Assembly (NCBI RefSeq): GCF_004010195.1
Contig: NC_057756.1
Coordinates: 8,096,676-8,160,675, forward strand
Source of the DNA: Chiloscyllium plagiosum
Taxonomy: Eukaryota
Direction of reading: 5' to 3'
Length of the DNA: 64,000 bases
Positions 37,943 through 50,900 of the stretch are shown here, piece by piece. The translations under genes and the position numbers were made by a program. The first letter of the stretch is position 1, and each line of letters opens with the position of its first letter. The notes beneath the pieces were generated by a model. The model searched no databases. It saw only the letters and a list, made by a program, of their open reading frames with translations, and was not told the origin of the DNA.

Positions 37943-38609
37943 AGTTATAGGCCAAGTGCAAGCAATGGAACTCGTTTCGGTTGTGACCATGGTCAGCGTG
38001 GACTGGTTGAACTGAAGGGTTTGTTTCCATGTGTGACTCTATAACAATGAAACTTTTAAAAATATATAAATCAAATCAGAAACTGAAAATTGTGCACAGA
38101 TGTTACATGTTAGATTCCATACTTCTTCTTGAAATGGAGAAATTCAACAATCCACAAGTGCATTGTTTTAGTCTGAGAGATGCAGTTATGAATAATAGTC
38201 TGCACATAAATTCTCCTCTCCCCATTCTTGTTTGGCAGAGCATAACATTTGCTCGCTTTTTTCCAGCAAATATAAAAGAGGTGGTTCACATCATCTCAAT
38301 TGATTTATCTTGGTCACTTTATGTAGGGATTCTAACAGTGAGTCACCTGGAACATCAGTGACTTGACACAGGAAAATTAAAGTAATCTGGTATGTGCATG
38401 TCCAAAGCTTTGAGTCATTACAGTCATAAAATGCAAACTATGATCATTACGTAGATAGTTCCAGTTCAAACATGGACTAAACCAGGCAAATGTGAGGAAA
38501 TAAATGATTTAGGCAATCAAAGAACATAAGTCGTATGCATAAATAACAAAATGTCCAAAGCAGTTTTGGTGCTCAATCCAGCTACTATATTTTTGGCAGG
38601 GAACGTCAG

Positions 38610-38913
38610 GTTACTTTAGATTACTTTAGATTACTTACAGTGTGGAAACAGGCCCTTCAGCCCAACAAGTCCACATCGACCCGCCTAAGCGCAACCCACC
38701 CAGTCCCATTCTCCTACATTTACCCCTTCACCTAACACTACGGGCAATTTAGCATGGCCAATTCAACTAACCTGCACATTTTTTGGACTGTGGGAGGAAA
38801 CCGGAGCACCCGGAGGAAACCCATGCAGACACGGGAAGAATGTGCAAACTCCACACAGACAGTTGCCCGAGGCGGGAATTGAACTCGGGTCTCTGGCGCT
38901 GTGAGGCAGCAGT
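38610..38913 (-). mobile_element. HE1-like V-SINE (5'-clipped)
   Basis: Reverse complement of the 20721 copy, including the tail. Confidence 0.85.
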
Positions 38914-39327
38914 GTCTCCCCAATTTCCATGGAGATATTGCAAATACATCCAGACCAATGCAGTGGGTGATGCCGAGGATCCAGACTATCTGATGTAACT
39001 ATCCTTCTGAATAATGAATGATGTGAGTTTGTGACACCCATCTACATGCAATTCGAAGAAAATGACTGTGGACATCTTGGGGATGAGTCATAGGAAGCAA
39101 CCAGAGATAGATGCTGGTTGCCTTGGTCTGTAATTGCATGCATTATTAAGGAAAGCAATTGTTGCAGGTGATATTGTTGGAAAGTTAGAGTTAAGAATGA
39201 AAGCATGACGGTAGCATTCATTATCACCCCTTCTAACTTGATCATGATCTGCCCCTGCCTCACCCCTCACATTTGATGGTCTATTTTGATCTTCATGCAT
39301 TGTGCAGTTAAATTAATTGAATATAAA

Positions 39328-39646
39328 AGGGGGGCACGGTGGCTCAGTGGTTAGCACTGCTGCCTCATAGCACCAGGGTCCCAGATTCAATTCCAGCCTT
39401 GGGTGACTATCTTTGTGGAGTTTGCACACTCTCCCTGCGTCTGCGTGGGTTTCCTCCGGGTGCTCCGGTTTCCTCCCACGGTCCAAAGATGTGCAGGTTT
39501 GGGTGGATTGGCCATGCTAAATTGCCCGTAGTGATGGGTGCATTAGTCAGAGAGAAGTGGGTCTGGGTGGGTTACTCTTTGGAGGGTCAGTGTGGACTGG
39601 TTGGGCCAAAGGGCCTGTTTCCACACTGTAGGGAAACTAATCTAAA
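39328..39646 (+). mobile_element. HE1-like V-SINE
   Basis: tRNA head, V-domain and tail are present. Confidence 0.85.
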
Positions 39647-40399
39647 GTACAGGCAATTTACTGGTGATGGTTAATAAGTGTAAAAATACCACAGATGATT
39701 TGGTGATGGGAGAAGAACTTCAGTTGTATATGAGAGCACTTCTTTTTATATAGAGAAAAAAGTGAAAGTATACAAGGACTGCCATACAGAGATGGACAAA
39801 TGGATTTTAATATGTTCTACATTTCAGGAATGTTGGGAGAAGAACTGCTCAGTGATTAAAGTAATAATTAACATCTGTGAATAGCTATGACAGTGTTACT
39901 GCTGTGAGATTGAAACAAAGTGTGTTTAAATGTAAGGTTGGAGAACAAATGGAATCGATGGTGGATGTAAGAACAACGTAGCCTTATCATCATCCCCGAA
40001 AGGAACCCAGGGAAGTTACAATGATTGCCGCAGAAATATGTTGCTCTAAGTGAGGCACCGTGACCTATGTATTGATAGATCAACCAGTTAAGGGCAGAAA
40101 CATGCATGGTTGATTTGCCATTGTACAAAAACTAGTTAAATCCCAAGGGGTAATGAAAATTAGAAAGGGTAACATTTTTATGGGATCAGAAACATTTTAC
40201 ATGAAGCTGAGACATTGATTGAAAGCGTTCGCAGCTGCAGGTTTGCATCCTTATCCAACTTTCAGAGTTAAGTAACCGATAGTTTCAAAGTGACCCCTTG
40301 TGGATCATTTGGAAACAAAATTTCTTTCCAGAAAAATGACCACATACGGAATAAGGAATTTGTTTCTGCATCTGAAGTCAAAATAAAGTGGAGAACGCA

Positions 40400-41230
40400 G
40401 ACAGGACGTTTGGATGGAGGAGGGAACATCTCTGGGACACCCGCACCAATCAACCCCACCGTCCCGTGGCCCAACATTTCAACTCTCCCTCCCACTCTGC
40501 CGAGGGCATGCAGGTCCTGGGCCTCCTCCACCGTCGCTCCCTCACCACCCGACACCTGGAGGAAGAACGCCTCATCTTCTGCCTCGAAACACTTCAATCC
40601 CAGGGCATCAATGTGGACTTCACCAGTTTCCTCATTTCCCCTCCCCCACCTTAACTCATCGGCAAACAGAACCACAACCACTCTAATTTAAACAAACGTT
40701 TGGATGGAGAAGTGTAGTCATGGATCTCAAAGAGAGACAGAAAGCAGTGGTGCTTAGTTAAGCTGAATCAGATGCAGATTGAAGTAATGAATACAAAGAA
40801 CCAGAGCTTGGAAAAAGTGAGGACTGCAGGTGCTGGAGATCAGGGCTGAAAATGTGTTACTGGAAAAGCGCAGCAGGTCAGGCAGCATCCAAGGAGCAGG
40901 AGAATCAACGGGCCAGAGTGGGGGTGGGGGTGGAGAGGTCAGGAAGAAGATTGCAGGTTAAGAAGGTGGTGCTGACTTCGAGGGTTGGGACTGAGACAAG
41001 GTGGGGGGAGGGGAACTGGAGAAATCTGAGTTCATCCCTTGTGGTTGGAGGGTTCCTAGGCGGAAGATGAGGTGCTCTTCTCCAGCCATCGTGTTGCTAT
41101 GGTCTGGCAATGGAGGAGTCAGCTGCACCCGATGTGGCCTCCTCTATATTGGGGAGACAGGCCGCAACACGACGGCTGGAGGAAGAGCGCCTCATCTTCC
41201 GCCTAGGAACCCTCCAACCACAAGGGATGG
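40400..41230. mobile_element. Cluster of Penelope fragments including GIY-YIG endonuclease pieces
   Basis: REHLWDTRTNQPHRPVAQHFNSPSHS...RHLEEERLIFCL (40400-40650), CTRCGLLYIGETGR (~41122-41165) and a terminal repeat at 40812-40910. Confidence 0.8.
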
Positions 41231-41699
41231 CATCAGAGCTTGGAAGTCAATGTCAAATGGATAGCATCTCATAGAGAATTATTTTCCCATATGAAATATG
41301 AGCAAATGCATTTGAAAACAACATATGAACAGCAGTTTGTAACATTTTCATGAGGTTGTCATCCTTTAGCTGCACCACATCGTAAACCCACAAAGACTTG
41401 TGAGTCAGCAATTGATACAATGCCCAGGGATCAAATATTCCAAGTGAAACATAGAGAAATACAAAACACAACGAAGAGTAGGCACTTCAAGCTTGCTTCG
41501 ACATTAATTGTGATTAGGTTCAGCTAAATAGAGTATTTCTGCAAATATCGCTGATTGCTTTACCCCAAGTCCTACCTCCAGTTCTGACACAACTCAGAAA
41601 ATTTACAGAGCAATGCATTGAATTGTTGAAATAGAAATACAATATATTTCTGATACGAAATTGCATCTCACCAAATGTGGAATACTAGCATCAATAGAA

Positions 41700-43260
41700 G
41701 TCCTGAATACCTATTCTTTAGGTGGAGTCTCAACTCAGTTTCAAGACATTTCTGCGGTAGTCCCTCAGGACTATGTCCTTGTCCAACCGTATGCAGTAGC
41801 TTTATCAATTGTTTTCCCTCTATCAGAAGGTGACACGCAGGGATGTTCATGGATGACTCAACATTAGGGTGCACCGCTTGTGACGCCTCAGGTATTGAAG
41901 CAACTCACGTGCAGATACTAAACAAACCCGCAAAACATTCAGAATAAGTTGACAAGTTGCAAGTTACATCTCGCCAAAATGCCAATTAATGGCATTGCCA
42001 GGAAGAGTGTCACTATCCCTTGAATTCCAATGTAATTTCCATTGCTGAATCAGTGACTAGGCCAGACCCCCTCAAAATACTTTAAGAAGGTAGCCAAGAA
42101 CCTGACTTATCTTAGTTAAAGGCAGATGTGAAGTGGATATTCTAATTGTGATGCAGCTCTTCAAACCACTTGGCTTTAAGAAAACTAGAGCTTATTTCAA
42201 GGCTACAGTTGAAACATGGACAAAAGAAATGGAACTTAGAATAACTTATTGTTGGAAAACTTAACTGACCCAACATAGCAACTTAACTAAGGAACTGTTC
42301 CAATTCCCGTAACATCCCGTAAACATGCCCCTTGGTGAAAGGTAAATTCAAATACTGGTTCTCACAGGCAGCAGAGGTAAGTCAGTCAAGAATGATCTGC
42401 TGAAGTTTGGAAGCTTTATCTGGCCTGTACCAGCTTCTCACTGCAACAACTAAACCAAACTAGATAAAAACCTGAACTGGGAGAACTGGCCACTCCTCTG
42501 CTATTGTTAAATAATGGTCTTTCCAGGCATTTCCACATCTCTGCCTTTATGACCTGTCTTAAAAAGAAAACACAAGGACAAAATATCCTTGTTAATGTGA
42601 CAGCATCATTGCACTATCAGTTATCATTGATTCATAACTACTTTAATATTTCAATTAAATGGGGGGCTTCAAGAACAGGAAAGAGGATTGGAGTCTGGGA
42701 GGCAGTATTTCACCCCATGAATCATCAAAGCTTGTCAACCATCCACAAGGCACAGGTCAGAACCGTGATAAAATACTTGTCACTTGCCTGCATCAGCGTA
42801 GCTCCAACAACACAACAGAAGCTTCACACCATCCAGGAAAAACCATCCTGATTATTTGGCAGCACAGACACAAAATCAACTCCTTCTATTAGTGATATTC
42901 AGTAGCAGCAGTGTGAAGTATCCACGTGATGCACTGTAGAAACTCACCAAGGCTCCGTGGGAACAGGTTACAATCACATAGCTACTATGATCTAGAAGTG
43001 GATGGGCAGCAGATACAATTGAGTATCACCCCTTGCCAGATCCATTCCAAAACACTCACGTTCCTGACTCGGAATTATATCTCCAGTCCTTCGCTGTCAT
43101 TGGGACAATAATCTGGAACTTCCACCTGAAGTATTCATTTTATCTACATAAATTGGACTGTAACTGTTCAAGAAGGGACCCACGTTCTTGAGGGTGGTTA
43201 GGGACAGATTATGAATTCTGGTCAGACGGTGCCTGCTAGAATCCGTGAGTGAATCACGAA
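41700..43260 (+). mobile_element. Old L2/CR1-type LINE fragment, interrupted by a minus-strand LTR at ~42053-42602
   Basis: Degenerate RT stretch (VPQ..VL...FIN...MF.DD at ~41760-41860) and IHKAQVRTVIKY at ~42740. The LTR ends ...TTAATGTGACA. Confidence 0.55.
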
Positions 43261-44656
43261 AATGTTCCTGCAGGGTTTGTTGATTGATGGATATTACATA
43301 AGACCGATGGCTATGCAAGAAAACAAAATGTGCGCTCAGAAAATTGATCCATTTGGCTGCAAGAATTTGGAAACAATTACGATTCTTCTGCAGTCTATGC
43401 ACACCTTCATACTAGATGTATTCAATGTATATTTATCCCCTTTCCCACAAACTGATGAGATGCATGTTTGTATACAGAACAAATATGTGTGTAACTCAGT
43501 CAACATCCTTAATGCTCAAGGCATGACAGTCAATTTCATTTGACATCAAGTGCCCAGTCTTAAACAATAAGGTTGACTCACAATTTTAAGACTGGGCACT
43601 GGAAATCATAGGGGACATCAATCCTGATGACAAATAGATCTGTTCATATTTCATTTGTTGTTTTTTACTTAACATGGTAGATGAATTGTAACTTCTTCAC
43701 TCCACATTCCTCTTCAGTTCACTGTAAACTGACTGATCCTGCATTTGTAATCCCTGTTATAATTTAAAAAGAGATAGCTGTTCTGAGTGAGTGAAATAAT
43801 GTGGCAAAATAAAACTGAGATGAAACACAGCATAAATTGCATGTGAAAGTTTTAAAATGAGACCCAAAAGATGTCTTTACCGTGTAAATATTTTCATCGG
43901 ATGGTTTCATGGCTTTCCCCTGTACAAATGCAATTTGTAAGATGTATGTCATCAGGGTTAACAAAAATGTAAGGAGGTAATTCAAGTCAGAGCACAGTTA
44001 ATATGCAATTGTGCATTATTAGCAAGAATGTCCTTGATGAATAATCTGTTCAAACTGTTCTTATCGCAAAATATGGTTGCTATTTGTTGCCTTCGATTAA
44101 TAGGAGCAGGGGAGGAGGTGTGTCCGAGGCAATGACAGAACCAGCCTGGTTGTCGTTTCATTAAATCCTGAAATGCCCTCCTAGGTGACAAACCTAACTT
44201 ACCTATTTGCTCCTGCTCTGTTCCACTTATCTGATCGAAGGAAGTTTCGGATAACAGTATGTCAGCTTTCTTGCCTGTGCCTTTAGATCTCTCCTGCTTC
44301 AACTTGTGCCTCTGTGAACTTGTGATCACACAATCAGGGAAAATTCCTGGGAAAACATTCTCGTGGTCTTTAGTTGCCTGTGTCTCCCCTGGCGTTTCAA
44401 CTAGAGCAGGCAGCACACCTACCAGTGAATCAGCGATATCATTTACAAATTGTATTCCTGGAGCTGAGAGTTTGTCCAGTACTCCTACCACAAACTCTCC
44501 ACTGTTCTCTGGACTCTCTAGCCTCACTTTACATAACTGAGCACTTTTTGTCTCACCATGAATTCCTGTTACCAGCATCTGTTCTGGCAATAGTCTCTCA
44601 GGAGTACATCCTTCAGCATTACAGACTGAGAGGATCCTGTGTCCCTTAATATTGTA

Positions 44657-46981
44657 GGAGAAAGTGAGGACTGCAGATGCTGGCGACCAGAGCTGAAAAA
44701 TGTGTTGCTGGAAAAGCGCAGCAGGTCAGGCAGCATCCAAGGAGCAGGAGAATCGACGTTTCGGGCATAAGCCCTTCTTCAGGAAAGAGGAGGGTGTGCC
44801 AAGCAGGCTAAGATAAAAGGTAGGGAGGAGGGACTTGGGGGAGGGGCGTTGGGAATGCGATAGGGGGAAGGAGGTTAAGGTGAGGGTGAGGGTGATAGGC
44901 CGGAGAGGGGGTGGNNNNNNNNNNNNNNNNNNNNNNNNNNNNNNNNNNNNNNNNNNNNNNNNNNNNNNNNNNNNNNNNNNNNNNNNNNNNNNNNNNNNNN
45001 NNNNNNNNNNNNNNNNNNNNNNNNNNNNNNNNNNNNNNNNNNNNNNNNNNNNNNNNNNNNNNNNNNNNNNNNNNNNNNNNNNNNNNNNNNNNNNNNNNNN
45101 NNNNNNNNNNNNNNNNNNNNNNNNNNNNNNNNNNNNNNNNNNNNNNNNNNNNNNNNNNNNNNNNNNNNNNNNNNNNNNNNNNNNNNNNNNNNNNNNNNNN
45201 NNNNNNNNNNNNNNNNNNNNNNNNNNNNNNNNNNNNNNNNNNNNNNNNNNNNNNNNNNNNNNNNNNNNNNNNNNNNNNNNNNNNNNNNNNNNNNNNNNNN
45301 NNNNNNNNNNNNNNNNNNNNNNNNNNNNNNNNNNNNNNNNNNNNNNNNNNNNNNNNNNNNNNNNNNNNNNNNNNNNNNNNNNNNNNNNNNNNNNNNNNNN
45401 NNNNNNNNNNNNNNNNNNNNNNNNNNNNNNNNNNNNNNNNNNNNNNNNNNNNNNNNNNNNNNNNNNNNNNNNNNNNNNNNNNNNNNNNNNNNNNNNNNNN
45501 NNNNNNNNNNNNNNNNNNNNNNNNNNNNNNNNNNNNNNNNNNNNNNNNNNNNNNNNGGAGGGAAATATATCCTTGGTGGTGGGGTCTGTTTGGAGGTGGC
45601 AGAAATGACGAAGGATGATACAATGTATCTGGAGGTTTGTGGGGTTGTAGGTGAGGACCAGTGGGGTTCTGTCCTGGTGGCGGTTGGAGGGGCGGGGTTC
45701 AAGGGCAGAGGAGCAGGAAGTGGAGGAGATGCGGTGGAGAGCATCGTCAACCATTTCTGAAGGGAAATTGCAGTCTTTGAAGAAGGAGGCCATCTGGGTT
45801 GTTCAGTATTGGAATTGGTCCTCCTGGGAGCAGATGTAACGGAGGCGAAGGAATTGGGAATATGGGATGGCGTTTTTACAGGGGGCAGGGTGGGAGGAGG
45901 TGTAGTCTAGGTAGCTGTGGGAGTCGGTCGGTTTATAGTAAATGACTGTGTTGATTCAGTCGCCCGAGATAGAAATGGAGAGGTCTAGGAAGGGGAGGGA
46001 GGAGTCTGAGATGGTCCTGGTAAATTTGAGGTCGGGGCGGAAGGTGTTGGTAAGGTGGATGAACTGTTCGATCTCCTTGTGGGAGCACGAGGCGGCGCCG
46101 ATACAGTCATCAATGTAGCGAAGGAAAAGATGGGGGGTGGTGCCAGTGTAGCTGCGGAAGATGGACTGTTCCACATATCCTACGAAGAGGCAGGCATAGC
46201 TGGGGCCCATGCGGGTGCCCATGGCTACTCCTTTGGTTTGGAGGAAGTGGGAGGATTGGAAAGAGAAGTTGTTCAGGGTGAGGACCAGTTCAGTCAGTCG
46301 AAGGAGGGTGTCGGTGGAAGGGCACACAGAAGAATCCATACACTAAACAAACAGTTCTTCCTAGCCATATCAGAATAAAAGACAGTAAGTACCAAAAACT
46401 TTCATGTACTTACCCCCACACTCTGGGTTCCTCAACTGTTCCAGAATCTTCCATCAGCCTCCGAAATCACTCTGGCGCCATTAACCACGCGACCGCGGCA
46501 TCAACCGCCGCCGCGAACCATGACGTCACTTCCGCCCCCACCGAACTTGCAGCCTCCACCATCGCCAGGAAGACCATCGCCGACACATTCCTGACCTCCG
46601 CGGGGTGCACGGCTATCGGGAACAACACCGTTTCTTCCATCGCCACAGCCACTTGCGCCCCCAGTGACATCACTCACCTGCACAACGAACACGCCGCCGC
46701 TTGCGTCGCCACTCCCACGCCGATCGCCGTCACCACGCCTAGGAGTGGAGAGCTGCACGTTGCGAGGGTGAGAGGTTGGAGTGGGTGAGAGGGGTGGACA
46801 GGTTGAGGTGGTCAATGTCGCGGCGGCAGATGGCTATGAAGAGATCGTGGGAGGTAAGAGGCCAGCACGGGGTGTCCAGGTGGATGGGGTGTGTTGGAGG
46901 CGGGAGAAGGGGTCGTCAGAGGGTGGACGGGAATCCTAGTTGAAGAAGTAGGTGCGGAGGCGAAGGCGGCAGAAGAATTTT
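44657..46981 (-). mobile_element. Penelope-like retroelement (RT region; rearranged; spans the gap)
   Basis: RT motifs LVLTLNNFSF...QTKGVAMGTRMGPSYACLFVG...FLRYIDDC. N-terminal FFCRLRLRTYFFN. Terminal hammerhead CUGAAGA-AGGGCUUAUGCCC-GAAA-CGUC (44755-44782, minus strand). 15-bp TSD TCCCTTAATATTGTA (44642-44656 and 46982-46996). Confidence 0.9.
44915..45556. other. Assembly gap (N run)
   Basis: 642 consecutive N. The X-rich ORFs that span it are artefacts. Confidence 1.
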
Positions 46982-47931
46982 TCCCTTAATATTGTAACCT
47001 CCTTACCTACTACTCCAGGCCGATGTGAATAAACTTTAACCTTGTATGTATATTTTCCAGACCGATAAAAATCATACAACAATCGCCAATCATGCTTTTG
47101 CCAAATTGACTTTCAGGTGTAGGTGTGAATGTCAAATATAGAATTGTACAATCCCTGCACTTTAAAAGAGACCATTTGACCCATCCAGTCTGTACTGCAC
47201 ACCCCAAAAGAGCATCACACCAAGACACGCCCCTCCCAAACCCGCACAGGTCGTGGTGACCCTCAGGATATTACACAGCACCATTCAACTACATCCAATG
47301 ATAGAACCACCCTATGATTATGTAGGCTTTGATTATTTGACAGCATGAGGAAAAATTATTTTTGAATTGTCTTAACAATCAACTTTTCAAAAACCACAAC
47401 AAAAATCCCATGCTCCTTTTTGGTTTATTAATAAATCCATTTTCTTTAAATACTGGAGCAATGAGGTTCATGGGAGCAAACATATGACCGTAGTTTAATA
47501 AGCACATCCCCTTATCTGTATATTAATGGCACTGACATAATTGTCATATTAGTACCAACCTTTTGTTTTCTTGGGATATTTTCATAGATCGTTGATGATT
47601 TCTTATTAAATGGTGCAGCATGGTCTGAGAAAACAAGATAATTATTTTACCATGTATGGTAATTGCAGAGACATGGAATGTTAACATTTTGAAAGAAGCT
47701 TTTTTAGGCTGCTATGCCAGTGTCGCCTTTCAGTGACATCAAGTCAAACCTGTTGCCTTGTCATGTTACCACAGCCTAATCAAGTATTTATCCAATTTTC
47801 TCATGAGTTCCTCTCCATTTTGTTTACAGCAACATTTCAGTCTGTATGTTTCAGATTTGAGGAGCTCAAAGTCTGGAAGGAAAACGCAAAACCTCACAGC
47901 TCAATTGCATTTTAGAAGAGTAAAAGACTTA

Positions 47932-50900
47932 CATCACAAAGATGGTCCCTTTTTCTCGAAAAGCTGTTCTTTGGTTCAAGGAGACTCTGTCCTTGACTTT
48001 TTACAGAGGGACAATAAACCTGGCCGGGGTCAGATGAGATTTCAGGCAAAATGGTCATGTTTTAGAGGTGACCTGTATGAAGAGAGGGGCATGGTCACCT
48101 CTCTAGCAGAGCTGAGCTGAGCAGTCTTAGTTCAGTCTTGAACTGGCAAGTTCAATAGGCAGTTGTGTGGAAAATCTCTCTCTTTTCTGCCCTTCAACTT
48201 CAACCTGTAAGCATGTGTTCCATTTAAACTGGGTTTTAAAGGGAGTTTGCTTATTGGGACTGTTGTGTACATTTGGAACAGCATAATTAAGTCAAGTTGG
48301 ATTGGCTGAGTTCAGTAGGGGTTCTTTATTCTGTTCTTTGTGTTTCATTGCGCAATTTTGTGAATAAATTTTCGTCTGTTTTAAAATCTAGAGTCATAGA
48401 GATGTACAGCACGGAAACAGACACTTCGGTCCAACCAGTCCATGCTGACCCAGGTATCCCAACCCAATCCAGTCCCACCTGCCAGCACCCGGCCCATATC
48501 CCTCCAAATCCTTCCTAATCATATACCCATCCAAATGCCTCTTAAATGTTGCAATTGTACCAGCCTCCACCACTTCCTCTGGCAGCTCATTCCATACACG
48601 TACCACCCTCTGTGTGAAAAAGTTGCCCCTTAGGTCTCTTTTATATCTTTCCTCTCTCACCCTAAACCTATGCCCTCTAGTTCTGGACTCCCCAAGCCCA
48701 GGGAAAAGACCTTGTCTATTTATCCTATCCATGCCCCTCATGATTTTGTAAACCTCTATAAGATCACCCCTCAGCCTCCGACGCTCCAGGGAAAGCAGCT
48801 CCAGCCTGTTCAGCTCTCCTTACAGCTCAAATCCTCCAACCCTGGCAACATCCTTGTAAATCTTTTCTGAACCCTTTCAAGTTTCACAACATCTTTCCGT
48901 AAGAAGGAGACCAGATTTGCACACAATATTCCAACAGTGGCCTAACCAATGACCTGTACAACATGACCTCCCAACTCCTGTACTCAATACTCTGACTAAT
49001 AAAAGAAAGCATACCAAATGCCTTCTTCACTATCCTATCTACCTGCGACTCCACTTTCAAGGAGCTATGAACCTGCACTCCAAGGTCTCTTTGTTCCCTA
49101 GGACCTTACTATAAAGTGTATAAGTCCTGCTAAGATTTGCTTTCCCAAAATACAGCACCTCGCATTTATCTGAATTAAACTTCATCTGCCACTTCTCAGT
49201 ACATTGGCCCATCTGGTCAAGATCCTGTTGTAATCTGAGGTAATCTTCTTTGCTGTCCATGACACCTCCAATTTTGGTGTCATCTGCAAACTTACTAATG
49301 TAACTCTCATGCTCACATCCAAATCATTTATGTAAATGACACAATGTCGAGGACCCAGCACCGATCTTTGTGGCACTCCAGTGGTCACAGGCCTCCAGTC
49401 TGAATTGCAATTCTCCACCACGACCCTCTGTCTTCTACCTTTGAGCCAGTTCTTTATCCACATGGCTAGTTCTCCCTGTGGGCGGCACGGTGGCACAGTG
49501 GTTAAAGACCCGGGTTCAATTCCCACCTCAGGCGACCCTCTATGTGGAGTTTGCACATTCTCCCCATGTCTGCGTGGGTTTCCTTCCACCATTCCAAAAT
49601 GTGCAGGTCTGGGTGGGTTGCGCTTCAACGTGTTGGTGTGGACTTGTTGGGCCGAAGGGCCTCTTTCCACACTGTAAGTAATCTAATCTGTATTCCATCA
49701 GATCTAACCTTGCTAACCAGTCTCCCATACGGTACCTTGTTGAACACCTTACTGAAATCCATACAGATCACATCTATTGCTCTGCCCTCATCAATTCTCT
49801 TTGTTACTTCTTCAAAAAACATGATTTCCCACGCACAAAGCTATGTTGACTATCCCTAATCAGTCCTTGCCTTTCCAAATACATGTACATCCTGTCCCTC
49901 AGGATTCCCTCCAACAACTTGCCCATCACCGAGGTCAGGCTCACTGGTCTATAGTTCCCTGGTTTGTCCTTACCACCCTTCTTAAACAGTGGCACCACGT
50001 TTGCCAACCTCCAGTCTTCCAGTACCTAACCTGTGACTATCAATGATACAATGATGATCTATCGATGATCTAGTTGTCAACTTAGCTTTCTTACTCCGGG
50101 TAATTTTCACTGTACATTTATCGAAACAATTTGCAAAGTTAGGTCTCATGTTGCTGCTTAAGCACACCTTGAGTGGTCTGGCCGAGTCCATAACAGTGTG
50201 GGGGCTTTTTGCAGGATTTTAAACAGCGAATGATAGGCGCTAGTGTCTTTATTTCGGGCGTCCGTTTGGTTGGGTAGACAAAGCTTGAGATAATAATGGC
50301 TCTTTCATTCGCCAAACGTTTTCTGGATGTGGATGCAGTAACTTTGGAGGTTTTGCAAAAAGTGAATAAGACCAAGTTGCAGGAATTAGCAGAGAAGCTC
50401 GAATTGGAACTGTCTGCTTTTGTGAGGAAAGGAGAGATAATTACAGCAGTAGCTCAGCATTTAAACTTGCCGCAGAAACCACCAGAATCTATAGAGATGG
50501 CAAGAATTCAATTCCAAATAAAGCAGCTTGAGTTAGAGGCGAGAGATAAGGAAAGGCTAGCAGAAATGGAACAGTTTGAGTTACAATGAAAAGCAGAAGA
50601 GAGGGAAAAAGAGAAAGCTTTTGAACTTCAGAAACTGACACTTAAAAAAGGAAAGTCAGCTTAAAGGCTGGAGATAAAGGCTGAAAGTGACCTTAGTGAG
50701 GAAGTAGTGTGAACTCATATGGAAAAGCAGAGAGTTAAAACAGTAAGGTTAGCAGCTAAAGTGGCTGATGATTATGAGCTGGTTCATAAAACATGGTTTG
50801 GCTTCCAGAATCAATTTCAGTCCATGAGGGTCAGAAATTGGGGCAAAGAGAAATCCTCACATGGAAAGGGAAAGGTAGATCTCAGTGAAGATCATAAGGA

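Larger units (their letters stand above)
44200..47020 (-). mobile_element. Protease-region fragment of the Gmr1-like Gypsy family (44200-44656 + 46997-47020), split by a Penelope insertion
   Basis: VTGIHGETKSAQLCKVRLESPENSGEFVVGVLDKL is near-identical to 51300-51680. The host sequence rejoins across the TSD. Confidence 0.85.

Noticed and set aside
43982..44590. 202-aa novel protein
   Set aside because: The N-terminal two-thirds is a Gypsy protease-region fragment that reads through into unrelated flanking DNA.
44726..45793. Long ORFs of 235-355 aa
   Set aside because: They are open only because they cross the N gap.
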